34,735 nt of DNA from Candidatus Woesearchaeota archaeon (GCA_964594495.1 CAZQLX010000002.1:1-34735), one strand, 5' to 3'; counted from the first letter of the stretch, positions 8,596 through 17,650 are shown. Notes: generated from the letters alone by a model not told the origin. Numbers and translations: made by a program.

Positions 8596-9633
8596 TTACA
8601 CAGATATTGTGAAATTGTCATTAAATGTTCCTTTATATGTTCTAACGAACTCTGCGTTTATTGAGTTTTCTGAAACTGTGTACTTCATAAATCCATGAGT
8701 TGGATTTTTGTATTTTCCTTGCCATTTGACAAAGTAAGGAGCTTCTGTATCTCCGGTGAAGATCTCATTAAGAGCGTGTCCGAAAGTCCCAACGATTAAG
8801 AAGATTGTTCCGTTTCCTTTTTGATAGAGATTATCTGTGCCATTATCCGTAACACATGAGGCATTATATTTGTTCACTTGCATGCACTTAAGTTGTTTTG
8901 ATCTCTGATAGCTATGTTCATGGGCTTGTAACACAAGGTCTACTTTTTGAGAAATGAGAAGATTAGGTAAATCTGGGCCAATTTCACACTTTTTTACTCC
9001 CATTGAAATACAGGGACTATGCATTCCAACAATTATCCAGCTGATATTTGCATTCTGTGCTTCGGATATTGTTTCATTGAGCCAGACGTATTCATTTTTT
9101 CCTTTGCTGTAATTGTAATAGGTACCATTAATCTTTAGATCTGGAGAGATCATTATTATTCTTGTAAGATTATTGTAATCAAAATAGTATTGTGCGGGAT
9201 AATTGCCAGTAATACTTAGTCGATTTGGAAGGCATTTTGCGAATTTTAATATATCTCCGTTCTCATACATTTTTCCTTTTTGATCTTCGTGGTTTCCAGA
9301 TATTAATTCAAATGGATAATTCTCTCCAAGAAATGATTTAACATGTTTGCACCAAGACTCTTCTTTACCTTTTGCTAAGTAACTCAAGTCTCCTAAGGCG
9401 AGATAAAAATCAGTTTGAGACTGTGCGAGTTTTCTAAGACTACTGTTTGTTACTTTAGTTGCAGCGTGATCTCCTGCAGCAGCAAAAGTAAATATTGGAA
9501 AAGAATTGTCTTTCTCATTTACAACGTTTGCATTTGTATTGAAAACGTTTAAAGAGAGAACGATAATCGCGATCCCAATAATGATTAGAACTGAAGTTAG
9601 AAGGGTATTTTTTTTGTTTTGTTTCTTTTTCAT
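8596..9633 (-). CDS. membrane-anchored purple-acid-phosphatase-like metallophosphoesterase
   Basis: Five metallophosphoesterase motifs are present: AAGDHA, GDLSY, GNHE, VGMH, AHEHSYQR. It has an N-terminal TM segment (LLTSVLIIIGIAIIVLSL). ATG 9633 lies 1 nt after the mscL stop; the track start at 9648 is TTG. Confidence 0.75.
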   Translation of the reverse strand: MKKKQNKKNTLLTSVLIIIGIAIIVLSLNVFNTNANVVNEKDNSFPIFTFAAAGDHAATKVTNSSLRKLAQSQTDFYLALGDLSYLAKGKEESWCKHVKSFLGENYPFELISGNHEDQKGKMYENGDILKFAKCLPNRLSITGNYPAQYYFDYNNLTRIIMISPDLKINGTYYNYSKGKNEYVWLNETISEAQNANISWIIVGMHSPCISMGVKKCEIGPDLPNLLISQKVDLVLQAHEHSYQRSKQLKCMQVNKYNASCVTDNGTDNLYQKGNGTIFLIVGTFGHALNEIFTGDTEAPYFVKWQGKYKNPTHGFMKYTVSENSINAEFVRTYKGTFNDNFTISV

Positions 9634-9634
9634 C

Positions 9635-9940
9635 TTACTTTTTAGCAACTTTTTCTTCTTTCAAGAAAAATTTTGCTATAAAGAATACAACAAGAGCTAT
9701 AATAACGAAATTAATTATTGCTCCTAACAATGCGCCCCAGCCTATTACTATTGGCCCGAGAACGAGTGTCGCGGTTTGCCAGGCGCCTCCAGGGATAAAT
9801 GGAGTAATCACAGGCATTATTACATTATTAACGACTGATTGAATTAATACGGTTGCTGCAATACCAATAATAAATGCAATTGCTAATGAGGCAATTTTAT
9901 ATTCCTTCAAAAAATCTTTGAATTCTTGTATTAACCCCAT
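9635..9940 (-). CDS. mscL: large-conductance mechanosensitive channel MscL
   Basis: 101 aa with two TM segments. The layout is MscL-like: an N-terminal amphipathic FKDFLKEY stretch, IGIAATVLIQSVVNNVIMPVI, then a charged C-terminus. A TATA (GTTTAAATAG on the minus strand) lies about 20 nt upstream. Confidence 0.75.
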   Translation of the reverse strand: MGLIQEFKDFLKEYKIASLAIAFIIGIAATVLIQSVVNNVIMPVITPFIPGGAWQTATLVLGPIVIGWGALLGAIINFVIIALVVFFIAKFFLKEEKVAKK

Positions 9941-9978
9941 ATTACTAATATGTTTTCTCTCTATTTAAACTTATTTTC

Positions 9979-10296
9979 TTAGGTAGGAGATAAATTAGAT
10001 TCAAGTCTCGAGTTTATTGATCTAGGAGTCTGCCTTTGTTTTTTATTTCTAATATGTCTCGAATACATAATGCTTGTAAATACTAATTCACTTAATAGAA
10101 AGATACTTCCATATAACCAGGGATTTGTTATACCAATACATGCATGGATTGCGCTACCGGGGATATTGGCAACTGCTAACGATGCCCATTCTGATAAATT
10201 AGTCTTTCTAGTAACTTTATAGAGTGGTTTTCCAATTAATTCTTTATAAGGTTCTCCTTTCCAACCGTATAACATAGGGTTACTTATTTTATTCAT
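9979..10296 (-). CDS. small membrane protein, last gene of the overlapping chain
   Basis: Its ATG overlaps the upstream stop (ATGA). It has hydrophobic segments and no known motif. Confidence 0.5.
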   Translation of the reverse strand: MNKISNPMLYGWKGEPYKELIGKPLYKVTRKTNLSEWASLAVANIPGSAIHACIGITNPWLYGSIFLLSELVFTSIMYSRHIRNKKQRQTPRSINSRLESNLSPT

Positions 10297-10745
10297 TTTC
10301 TCAGTCTTCTATCTTTAGGAACATAATTGAATATCTTTTCTCCATTTGATTTTCCTGATCCTAGAAAGTCGCCTTTATACCGCAGTACAATGTCTCCTTT
10401 TTCGAATTTAATATCTAAATCGTGGCCCCTGATCCAAAGTTTAAACTGTTCATCTGTAAGATCGAGGATCTTCTTTTTTATTTGGGATGAAAGGATATGA
10501 GTTGCATCAAAGCTGACTCTTAATTGTTCGTGTTCTTCTTTGACCAAATAAAGCCCCATGAACTCTATGTTTACAGTATCTGCAAGTAAAGCGATTTCTT
10601 CTTTTGATAAATGTCCAGAAAAAGCTCTTACTTTCTCTCTTCCTGCTTGTATTAGAAGGAAGGGAACATTATCAATTCCATAATTCTCTTTAAGTTTTTC
10701 GACAATGTGTCTTTTTTCGTTGCTTTTGATGAATTGCGGTTTCAT
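10293..10745 (-). CDS. Nip7-like (UPF0113) PUA-domain RNA-binding protein
   Basis: 150 aa. The N-terminus (EKRHIVEKLKENYGIDN) and the C-terminal PUA-like end (GDIVLRYKGDFLGSGKSNGEKIFNYVPKDRRLRK) resemble archaeal and eukaryotic Nip7 as I recall them. Confidence 0.55.
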   Translation of the reverse strand: MKPQFIKSNEKRHIVEKLKENYGIDNVPFLLIQAGREKVRAFSGHLSKEEIALLADTVNIEFMGLYLVKEEHEQLRVSFDATHILSSQIKKKILDLTDEQFKLWIRGHDLDIKFEKGDIVLRYKGDFLGSGKSNGEKIFNYVPKDRRLRK

Positions 10746-11197
10746 AGTGGTTTCTCCATGATATATTTAGGCAAATTAACTCCTTCTACTTTTATTGTTC
10801 CTTCTTCAATGAGGCTATAACCTTTAATTTTATAATAAGTAACTGCCGAAGGTGTAGAAAACAAGCTCATTGTTTTAAAGCCTATTTCTAAAGCCTTTCT
10901 TTCTGCAATAGCAAGTAATTTAGATCCAATTCCTTCTCTAGTATGATTTATTCTTACATACAATCTTTCTAATTCGTTTCCTGAAAAACAGACAACTCCG
11001 ATGATAGCTCCATTTTGCATTGCGCAATACATCGAACCTTTTTCCATTTTAACAAGAATTTTTTCAGGAGTGTTTTTTCTTGCAAAAACTTCTCTTTGTT
11101 CTGGCGTATAATCTTCTTGTAGAAGTTTTTCTTGGGTCTCTATTATCAGATCACTTATTTCTCTGGCTTGTTGCGGTATCGCTTTTCGAATTATCAT
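10742..11197 (-). CDS. GNAT-family N-acetyltransferase
   Basis: Acetyl-CoA motif A is present: VRINHTREGIGSKLLAIAERKA. Confidence 0.75.
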   Translation of the reverse strand: MIIRKAIPQQAREISDLIIETQEKLLQEDYTPEQREVFARKNTPEKILVKMEKGSMYCAMQNGAIIGVVCFSGNELERLYVRINHTREGIGSKLLAIAERKALEIGFKTMSLFSTPSAVTYYKIKGYSLIEEGTIKVEGVNLPKYIMEKPL

Positions 11198-11784
11198 TGT
11201 ATTTTCTCCTTAAAATAATAAAATAAAGATTTTTTTGCTAAATTATACTCTTTTTCATAGTTTGAGATTTCTTTCTCTACTTCTTTAGTCTCCCATTTTT
11301 TAACAAAACCCATAAATTCTTGAAAAGTCGCCTCTGCTTTTTCTTTTAATATTTCTTTTGAAATGCGTCTTGCAATAAATTCAGTTAAGGCTTCACATTT
11401 TACTTGTCCTAACTCTTTAAATCCGTATAATTCACGATAGTTTTTTAGTTGCGGATTGATTTCTAGAAATCTATGTACAAGTTCGTGAATAAGAACATGT
11501 ATGTTTACATCTTGATTTTCTCTTAGCTTAACGATTAAAGGGTTTGGAATTGATGGAACTCTTAATGTTGCAGGGATTATGTAAATAGTTAATTCTTTTT
11601 CTGACCACTTTACACCCATATACTTTTCAAAGCTCTCTAACATCCTTTTTGCATCTTTTTTTAGTCTTTCATCAAACTCTTTTCTTAAATTAATAAGTTT
11701 TTCAGCTTCTTCTTTTGTAATTGTTTCTTTTATAACATTGAATATTAATGTTCTGCTAAAGAAAGTTCTTATTTTTGGTATCAT
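11194..11784 (-). CDS. hypothetical protein with an HExxH zinc-metallopeptidase motif
   Basis: Contains IHVLIHELVHRF. There is no further family assignment. Confidence 0.5.
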   Translation of the reverse strand: MIPKIRTFFSRTLIFNVIKETITKEEAEKLINLRKEFDERLKKDAKRMLESFEKYMGVKWSEKELTIYIIPATLRVPSIPNPLIVKLRENQDVNIHVLIHELVHRFLEINPQLKNYRELYGFKELGQVKCEALTEFIARRISKEILKEKAEATFQEFMGFVKKWETKEVEKEISNYEKEYNLAKKSLFYYFKEKIQ

Positions 11785-12200
11785 TTTTTACTTCCGAAAA
11801 ATTTAGTTAATATTGTTTTATGATCGAAAGCAAGATCCAAATTATCTATCTCTTTTTTTGTGAATAGCCTTATTTCTGATACTTCATAATTCTTTTTCGG
11901 AATGCCTTCTACATCTATTCTGAAAACTAAAACTATATTATGGGAGTTTAATCTTGGGATTATCTCATCATGATAGAAGAGAAATTTTATATTTATAGCT
12001 TCAAGATTTGTTTCTTCTTTAATTTCACGTACTAATGCGTTTTCAGCCTTTTCTTGACTTTTAATTCTTCCACCTGGTAGACACCATTTTCCTTTATCTA
12101 TTAAAAATGAGCGTTTAGTAAGTAAAATTTTAGAATCTTTCATGATAATTCCTACAACGGCAACCCCCGGACTTAACCATTTTAACAAAGTTCTTATCAT
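11781..12200 (-). CDS. NUDIX hydrolase
   Basis: Nudix box present: GGRIKSQEKAENALVREIKEETNL. Confidence 0.85.
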   Translation of the reverse strand: MIRTLLKWLSPGVAVVGIIMKDSKILLTKRSFLIDKGKWCLPGGRIKSQEKAENALVREIKEETNLEAINIKFLFYHDEIIPRLNSHNIVLVFRIDVEGIPKKNYEVSEIRLFTKKEIDNLDLAFDHKTILTKFFGSKK

Positions 12201-13219
12201 TGTACTTCCTCCAACAAAGTCATTTTACAAACGAAAAAGCCTTCACTATCGTTATCATGAGGATAGATGCGATGGGCTTTTTCTACTTCGGGGGAAAATG
12301 TTTTGTCTTGCCATTTTGTTACTCCGGGGCGAGTTTTTAATGGAAGGGAAATTTTTTCTACTTTTAATGGAAAATTTGATAAGGCAAAGTCAATAATTTC
12401 TTCGTTTTCTTCTGGGGCATGCGTACAAGTACTGTAAACTAACGTGCCTCCTTTTTTAAGGAGCTTAACTGCGAATGCAAGAAACTTTTTTTGTTGTCGC
12501 GAGAGTTTATCAACCATTTTTGGATTCCACATGTTAAATGTTTTCGGAGAGCTTCTTAATGTTCCTTCTCCAGAGCAAGGAGCATCTAGAAGGATTTTAT
12601 CAAACTTGGGAAAATTTGATTTTGCAAGATAAGAGCAAAAGGCAATTCCATCATTACGGGTAACTATCGTATTTGATACGCCACAACGCTCTAAATTTGA
12701 AGCGAGGATAATTATTCTATCCATTTTGAAATCATTTGCTATTAATGTTCCTTCGTTATTCATTTTTGCTGCCATTTGTGTTGTTTTACTTCCTGGAGAA
12801 GCAAAAAGATCTAGAACAAGATCTCCAGGTTGAGGATCAAGAGCGATTGAAGACATCATGGAACAAACTTCTTGGACGTAATAGTACCCTAGAAGATGTT
12901 CAATTGCATTTCCTAGATCTCCAGGACCAAGGTTTTGATCAATAAGTATTATTTCTGGGTTTGAGGGGAATGGCTGAGAGATTTTCCATTTTTTAGATAA
13001 TCTTTCGACTAAATTTTCAACAGGGATTTTTAAAGTATTGCAACGAATGAAGTTTTTTGGGGGCGTGTGGATTGTTCTTTCAAAATTGTCGAAATCTTGT
13101 TTGTCTTGAAGTAAAAGACGAAGTCTTTCTTCAAACAGAGGTTTCATTTCGTATTTGTATTCTTTTCTCTCGATTTTTGTCTCTAATTGTGTTGTTTCTT
13201 TTGATGTTTGATGCGTCAT
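12197..13219 (-). CDS. NOL1/NOP2/Sun-family RNA (cytosine-C5) methyltransferase
   Basis: SAM-binding site DLFASPGSKT, motif IV DAPCSGEGTLR, and motif VI LVYSTCTHAPEENEE. Confidence 0.9.
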   Translation of the reverse strand: MTHQTSKETTQLETKIERKEYKYEMKPLFEERLRLLLQDKQDFDNFERTIHTPPKNFIRCNTLKIPVENLVERLSKKWKISQPFPSNPEIILIDQNLGPGDLGNAIEHLLGYYYVQEVCSMMSSIALDPQPGDLVLDLFASPGSKTTQMAAKMNNEGTLIANDFKMDRIIILASNLERCGVSNTIVTRNDGIAFCSYLAKSNFPKFDKILLDAPCSGEGTLRSSPKTFNMWNPKMVDKLSRQQKKFLAFAVKLLKKGGTLVYSTCTHAPEENEEIIDFALSNFPLKVEKISLPLKTRPGVTKWQDKTFSPEVEKAHRIYPHDNDSEGFFVCKMTLLEEVQ

Positions 13220-13287
13220 GACTATAGAGAGAAAAGTGGTGTTTTAAAGGTGCGCTTTTCCCAAAAAGAAAATAGCCACAATAGTCT

Positions 13288-13308
13288 GTGAGGCGCGAAG
13301 CGCCTCAC
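13288..13308 (-). other. GC-rich 9-bp hairpin GTGAGGCGC-GAA-GCGCCTCAC
   Basis: Perfect stem with GCGAAGC at the tip. On the minus strand it is followed by TATTTTCTTTTT. It sits in the intergenic region between two minus-strand genes. Confidence 0.4.
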
Positions 13309-13345
13309 TGCGTCGACCGTGATTTTAAATTGAGGATAGAAAGGG

Positions 13346-13365
13346 CGGTTAATATGAATTAACCG
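13346..13365 (-). other. 8-bp hairpin CGGTTAAT-ATGA-ATTAACCG
   Basis: A perfect inverted repeat about 20 nt downstream of the stop of 13387..13986. Confidence 0.35.
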
Positions 13366-13386
13366 AATAACAATTATAATAGAAAT

Positions 13387-13986
13387 TTAAGAATTATTTT
13401 TGAGATGATTATCCGAATTCAATAAATGAACTATTGGATTATTGTTGTTTGAAATTTCAATAATTGTTAAAGCAGTATTTGGGGATTTTTCTTTTATTTT
13501 TTCATGATGCTCTTTTGCTTTTTCTAATAAAATCTCTAAAATTGCTCTTTTTGTTCTACCGTGAGTTACTATAAGTATATTTTTATCTTTAAATTTATGA
13601 AGTGTTTTCGTAAGGAAATCGTTAATTCTTTCTTTAAGTTTATCTTTAGATTCCCATCCTTCAGGCTCTTTTCCAGGGTTGTTTTGAAACCACTCAATCA
13701 TCTTCTTTGTCTTTTTTCCTTCAAAAATTCCATAGTATTGCTCTCTTAATCTTTTATCGTAATAAATCTCTTTTTTATTTTTTTCTAGAAAAGGAGCAAT
13801 GGTTTGTTTACATCTAGTTAAATCAGAACAAAAAATAATATCAATTTCCTCTTTTTCTAACCTTAATGCTAATTTTTTGGCTTGTTCTTTCCCTAATTCG
13901 CTTAAGGCGCTGTTATTATCTCCACCACTTGCAAGTTCTTTTTTGTTAGCAGTGGTTTCTCCGTGTCTTGTAATGACGATTTTCAT
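13387..13986 (-). CDS. histidine phosphatase family protein (second paralog)
   Basis: MKIVITRHGETTANK (RHG motif) and a later IVTHG. Confidence 0.75.
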   Translation of the reverse strand: MKIVITRHGETTANKKELASGGDNNSALSELGKEQAKKLALRLEKEEIDIIFCSDLTRCKQTIAPFLEKNKKEIYYDKRLREQYYGIFEGKKTKKMIEWFQNNPGKEPEGWESKDKLKERINDFLTKTLHKFKDKNILIVTHGRTKRAILEILLEKAKEHHEKIKEKSPNTALTIIEISNNNNPIVHLLNSDNHLKNNS

Positions 13987-14025
13987 CTTTGTATAGTGGA
14001 TTGAAGATTATTAAATGTTTATTAG

Positions 14026-14053
14026 GTGTTAAGTTCTGTCTATAACTTAACAC
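14026..14053. repeat. perfect 10-bp inverted repeat GTGTTAAGTT-N8-AACTTAACAC
   Basis: It lies in the 265-nt divergent intergenic region. A third copy of TGTTAAGTT lies at 14154-14162. Confidence 0.5.
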
Positions 14054-14251
14054 AAACCATATACATTGTCTTCTATAAAGTTCTTTAAATATGATGATTT
14101 CACATAATAATTACTTAAAACGAACAATTAGCTTTAATATCAAATGTAAAACATGTTAAGTTGGAAGGTTTACTTTATATTAGAAGACAAATTAGAGAAA
14201 TTTAAATAGATTAAAAATTGTATAAATAAGCAAGGAGAAAAAGAGGAAAAT

Positions 14252-14722
14252 ATGGGGAATACAAATGACATTACTCGTCAGGAAACTAAGATAAACATCA
14301 ATATAGCACTCATTGGAGTTGCTACAGCATCGTTGTTTTTTATTTCTGGATTAAGGCCTGATTTAATAAAAGATAATCTGGCTTTTGTTGTGCAACTTAT
14401 TGCTGCAATTCCTATTTTGTTAAGTGCTACTCTTGCTTTATCGAAATCTATAGCGGTTAAGAATTACAAACCTTTAGTTAAATATGCAGGTTATGCTTAT
14501 AGTATCGGATATGCGTTTATTTTAAATGCAGTTGGAATATTAGTTGCTTCTTTAACATATGATTATATTGCATATTTGTTTTTCTTTATATGCATACTTA
14601 ATCCAGTTGTCTACTCTTACTTTTTAGTAAAATATGAAAACGAACCTATAAAGAAGAGAATCAAGAGAGATGGATTGTTTATTCTAATTATTATTTTACT
14701 GGGCGTGCTTTTTGTAGTATAG
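14252..14722 (+). CDS. integral membrane protein (about 4 TM)
   Basis: Hydrophobicity pattern only. Confidence 0.55.
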   Translation: MGNTNDITRQETKININIALIGVATASLFFISGLRPDLIKDNLAFVVQLIAAIPILLSATLALSKSIAVKNYKPLVKYAGYAYSIGYAFILNAVGILVASLTYDYIAYLFFFICILNPVVYSYFLVKYENEPIKKRIKRDGLFILIIILLGVLFVV

Positions 14723-14761
14723 AGATGATAGTTTTATAAAGTATATCTTGTAATATATAGC

Positions 14762-15259
14762 ATGGATGTAGGGGAAAGAATTGAGGTAAGGAAGGTCTAT
14801 GTCTGGAGAGCTTCGCTGTTTGGTTTAGTTTATGGTTTATTTGCTGGAATAATTATAGCGATAATTTTTGTACTTTTGCTTGTAGCTGGAATGAATCAAA
14901 TCAATAAAACGATAGATTCAATTGCTTCTGCAAGCTCTTCATTTGGCGGAGAATCAGAATTTGGGCAAGCTACAACAGTGAATAGTCTGGATATGAATAC
15001 TATTTTGATGTTTGCTTTAGTATTAATTATTATAAGCGCAATTGGAGGATTTCTATCTGGTTTAATTGGAGGAGCACTATTTAATTTGTTAGCTCATATG
15101 GGAATTAGAAATCATGTTGGATTAATTGAATACGCCAAAGTAAAAGAGGCACAATTTAAAAAAGAGGAAAGTAAGCCTAAATCTGCAGATGATTGGAATA
15201 ATCAAAGATTAAGCGACCCAAAGAATGATATAGTTAGTGTTAAAAATAGATATCTTTAG
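14762..15259 (+). CDS. membrane protein (2 TM, Gly-rich second helix)
   Basis: GTTTTATAAA (14731-14740) lies 21 nt before the ATG. Hydrophobic spans support the membrane call. Confidence 0.55.
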   Translation: MDVGERIEVRKVYVWRASLFGLVYGLFAGIIIAIIFVLLLVAGMNQINKTIDSIASASSSFGGESEFGQATTVNSLDMNTILMFALVLIIISAIGGFLSGLIGGALFNLLAHMGIRNHVGLIEYAKVKEAQFKKEESKPKSADDWNNQRLSDPKNDIVSVKNRYL

Positions 15260-17622
15260 AAAGAAAGAGTAGATTGTTTTGCTTTTTCTATAATTTGCTG
15301 AAAATCTTTATTAAATAGGGAGAGAATTTGATTTGCTATTGGGGCTATTTGTTTTTCAATGTAATGTTCATAATCTATTTTACTTCTTAACTTTTGAATT
15401 GGTTGTGGTCCATCTACTGTAATGTAATACTCAATAATGTTAGAATCAAGTTTGTCTAATTGTCTGGCTGCTTTTACATGGGGGGGAGTAGTTTTGGTGT
15501 ATTCAGCAAGGTTTTTACGAATTGATTTTCTATACACGAGCTGTTTGTCTAATTTACCTTCTTTTATTTTCTTTATATATTCTTGAATGAATTTTTCTAC
15601 CTTCTCATCATGGAAGAGTTTCATGAGGAGTTCTTTTTGAAATTCTTGAGCTGCCTCTACCCAATCTCCACGGATAGCTTCTAGACCTGTAATTTCTAAT
15701 TCTTCTTTACCGTTCTTTTCTAAAAGACCGGCATAACGTTTTTTAGCTGCTCCTGAAGATTCTTTTGAGGGTTCTTCTGATTTTTTGATTGGAGCACGAA
15801 TTTTTGGAATCATGAAGGCTAAGTATTGTTTTTGGAATTGTAATTCAAGATAAGATTCTCTATTGTAATGTTTCTTTACATAATCTTTATAGAAGTTGTT
15901 AATATGAGATTCAATTTCTTTACCTAATACATTAGCTTTATCTTTTTTCATATGTGTTTCGACAAAAACAGAATCTGTATCCATGTATATGACTTTATGA
16001 CCTAACTTTTCTATTTCTTTTCCTGTAAGTTGAATTATCATTTGTCCAAAATGAGTAATTGCGTTTGCTAATTGAAGACTGAAATAACGACAGTTTGGAT
16101 TGGCCAGAACGCCGAAAAATGAATTCATAATTATTTTAATTGCATAACTTGATAATTCTCTCTTTTCTTTCTTTGCTAATTCTCTTTTTTGATGAAGAAC
16201 TTCAATTATTTGAGGCAAGACGCCGTGAGAATTTTTGAAATACGCTTTATTTGGAGATTCAATTGCATTCTTTTCTTTTTTATCAAGAAAAGAAGAAGGA
16301 TCTATGTTAAATGTCTTAATTATTGAAGGATATAGAGATTTGAAATCGAGAATTAGAACGTTTCTATATATTCCTGGATTTGAAGAAAATACATATCCTC
16401 CTTTAATTCTTTCTTCCTTTTGGGTATATCTCGTTGTTGGGGAGACAAGCCCTCGAGAGCGTGCATTACGAATATAGAGGGAATCAAAATTAGCAATTGA
16501 TGAAGTCACTCTATCTAGTGGCATACCTGTTAATTGTGATCTTTCAACAGTTAACTCTACGAGATTTGCTTTTTCGAGGATCTGATAGGCTAGTTGACAG
16601 TCTAGAAGGTTATAATCTGAAAGTTTTTGTAATTGAGTTATTGAATCTGATTTGAATAAAGATTCTATTTCTTCGTGTCTGTTTTTTCCTTTAATTAATT
16701 TTCCAGATCCAAGAATCGCTTGAGAGACATCTTCTAATGTATATGATTCAAATTCTGCATGTTTTATTGAAGGAGCTTCTTGAATAAAGGGATCTCTGAC
16801 AAGGTATAAAGCATCTAAAATTTGACGTCCGGGAATATCGGCTGTTGATGATTTAAAAAAGTTAGATTCTATTCTTAATCTTGGATTTTCATCTGTTCTT
16901 CCGATATCAAAAGGGATTTTATTTTTTTTAGCTACAGACTGTAAAAAGGAGAGATCGAAATCAATTAAATTCCATCCCGTAATAATGTCTGGGTCATATT
17001 TTAATAATTCTGCTTTAAATTTTTCTAGACAATCTATTTCATCTTTGCATTTTACTGTATTTTTTAAGTCTTTAGAAGTAATCATGAAATTTTTCTTTAG
17101 ATTTTCTCCATACATTCCTATACAAAACAATTTTCCTGAATGTTTGTCTGTTTCAGTATCTATTGAGAGAACTTTTAATTTGGGGTTAAAATCTGTTTTT
17201 TTAATATCCGGATTATTGTATATGCAATCTATTCTATCTGAACTTTGAGCATTACCTGAAATAGTTATTGATCCTGAGAGATCATTATCAATCGTGAATT
17301 TAAAGTGTGGTTTTATGTCTGCTTCGTAGGTGTCTATGCTTTTTTCATGAATTGCAGAAACAAGTTTATTTAATTCTGTATGTAAAGATGAAGAGATTTT
17401 AATTACGTCATCTCCTTTGAAATTCTTTAAATTTGTTTTTTCGGTTTTGAATTTAGATAAAAGAGGCTTTACCTTATTTAAGTCGGAAGACCGAATAAAG
17501 AAGTACGGATCAAAATTATGAATTGTTAAGAAAGATTGTCCATTTTCTAAGCGACCAAAGAGTCTAACTATTGTGCGATTATTTTCAACAATATAATCGG
17601 GATATACGATAAATCCTTTCAT
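15256..17622 (-). CDS. polB: family-B DNA polymerase
   Basis: Exo I LSIDTETD, Exo II WNLIDFDLSFL, Pol A DFKSLYPSII, Pol B KIIMNSFFGVL, Pol C YMDTDSVF. The ORF is uninterrupted, so no intein. Confidence 0.95.
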   Translation of the reverse strand: MKGFIVYPDYIVENNRTIVRLFGRLENGQSFLTIHNFDPYFFIRSSDLNKVKPLLSKFKTEKTNLKNFKGDDVIKISSSLHTELNKLVSAIHEKSIDTYEADIKPHFKFTIDNDLSGSITISGNAQSSDRIDCIYNNPDIKKTDFNPKLKVLSIDTETDKHSGKLFCIGMYGENLKKNFMITSKDLKNTVKCKDEIDCLEKFKAELLKYDPDIITGWNLIDFDLSFLQSVAKKNKIPFDIGRTDENPRLRIESNFFKSSTADIPGRQILDALYLVRDPFIQEAPSIKHAEFESYTLEDVSQAILGSGKLIKGKNRHEEIESLFKSDSITQLQKLSDYNLLDCQLAYQILEKANLVELTVERSQLTGMPLDRVTSSIANFDSLYIRNARSRGLVSPTTRYTQKEERIKGGYVFSSNPGIYRNVLILDFKSLYPSIIKTFNIDPSSFLDKKEKNAIESPNKAYFKNSHGVLPQIIEVLHQKRELAKKEKRELSSYAIKIIMNSFFGVLANPNCRYFSLQLANAITHFGQMIIQLTGKEIEKLGHKVIYMDTDSVFVETHMKKDKANVLGKEIESHINNFYKDYVKKHYNRESYLELQFQKQYLAFMIPKIRAPIKKSEEPSKESSGAAKKRYAGLLEKNGKEELEITGLEAIRGDWVEAAQEFQKELLMKLFHDEKVEKFIQEYIKKIKEGKLDKQLVYRKSIRKNLAEYTKTTPPHVKAARQLDKLDSNIIEYYITVDGPQPIQKLRSKIDYEHYIEKQIAPIANQILSLFNKDFQQIIEKAKQSTLSF

Positions 17623-17642
17623 TTTGGTTAAAAGAGAAGTGG

Positions 17643-17650
17643 TTATATAA
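17643..17650 (-). promoter_or_regulatory. TATA box (TTATATAA) for polB
   Basis: Lies 20 nt upstream of polB ATG 17622. Confidence 0.5.

Noticed and set aside
14089-14097. ATGATGA C-box-like sequence suggesting a C/D box sRNA
   Set aside because: No CTGA D box lies within the following ~80 nt, and there are no C'/D' elements.
13987-14251. Long AT-rich spacer with inverted repeats as a replication origin
   Set aside because: No orc1/cdc6 gene is adjacent, the repeats are short (9-10 nt) with only three copies, and the spacer is explained by two divergent promoters.
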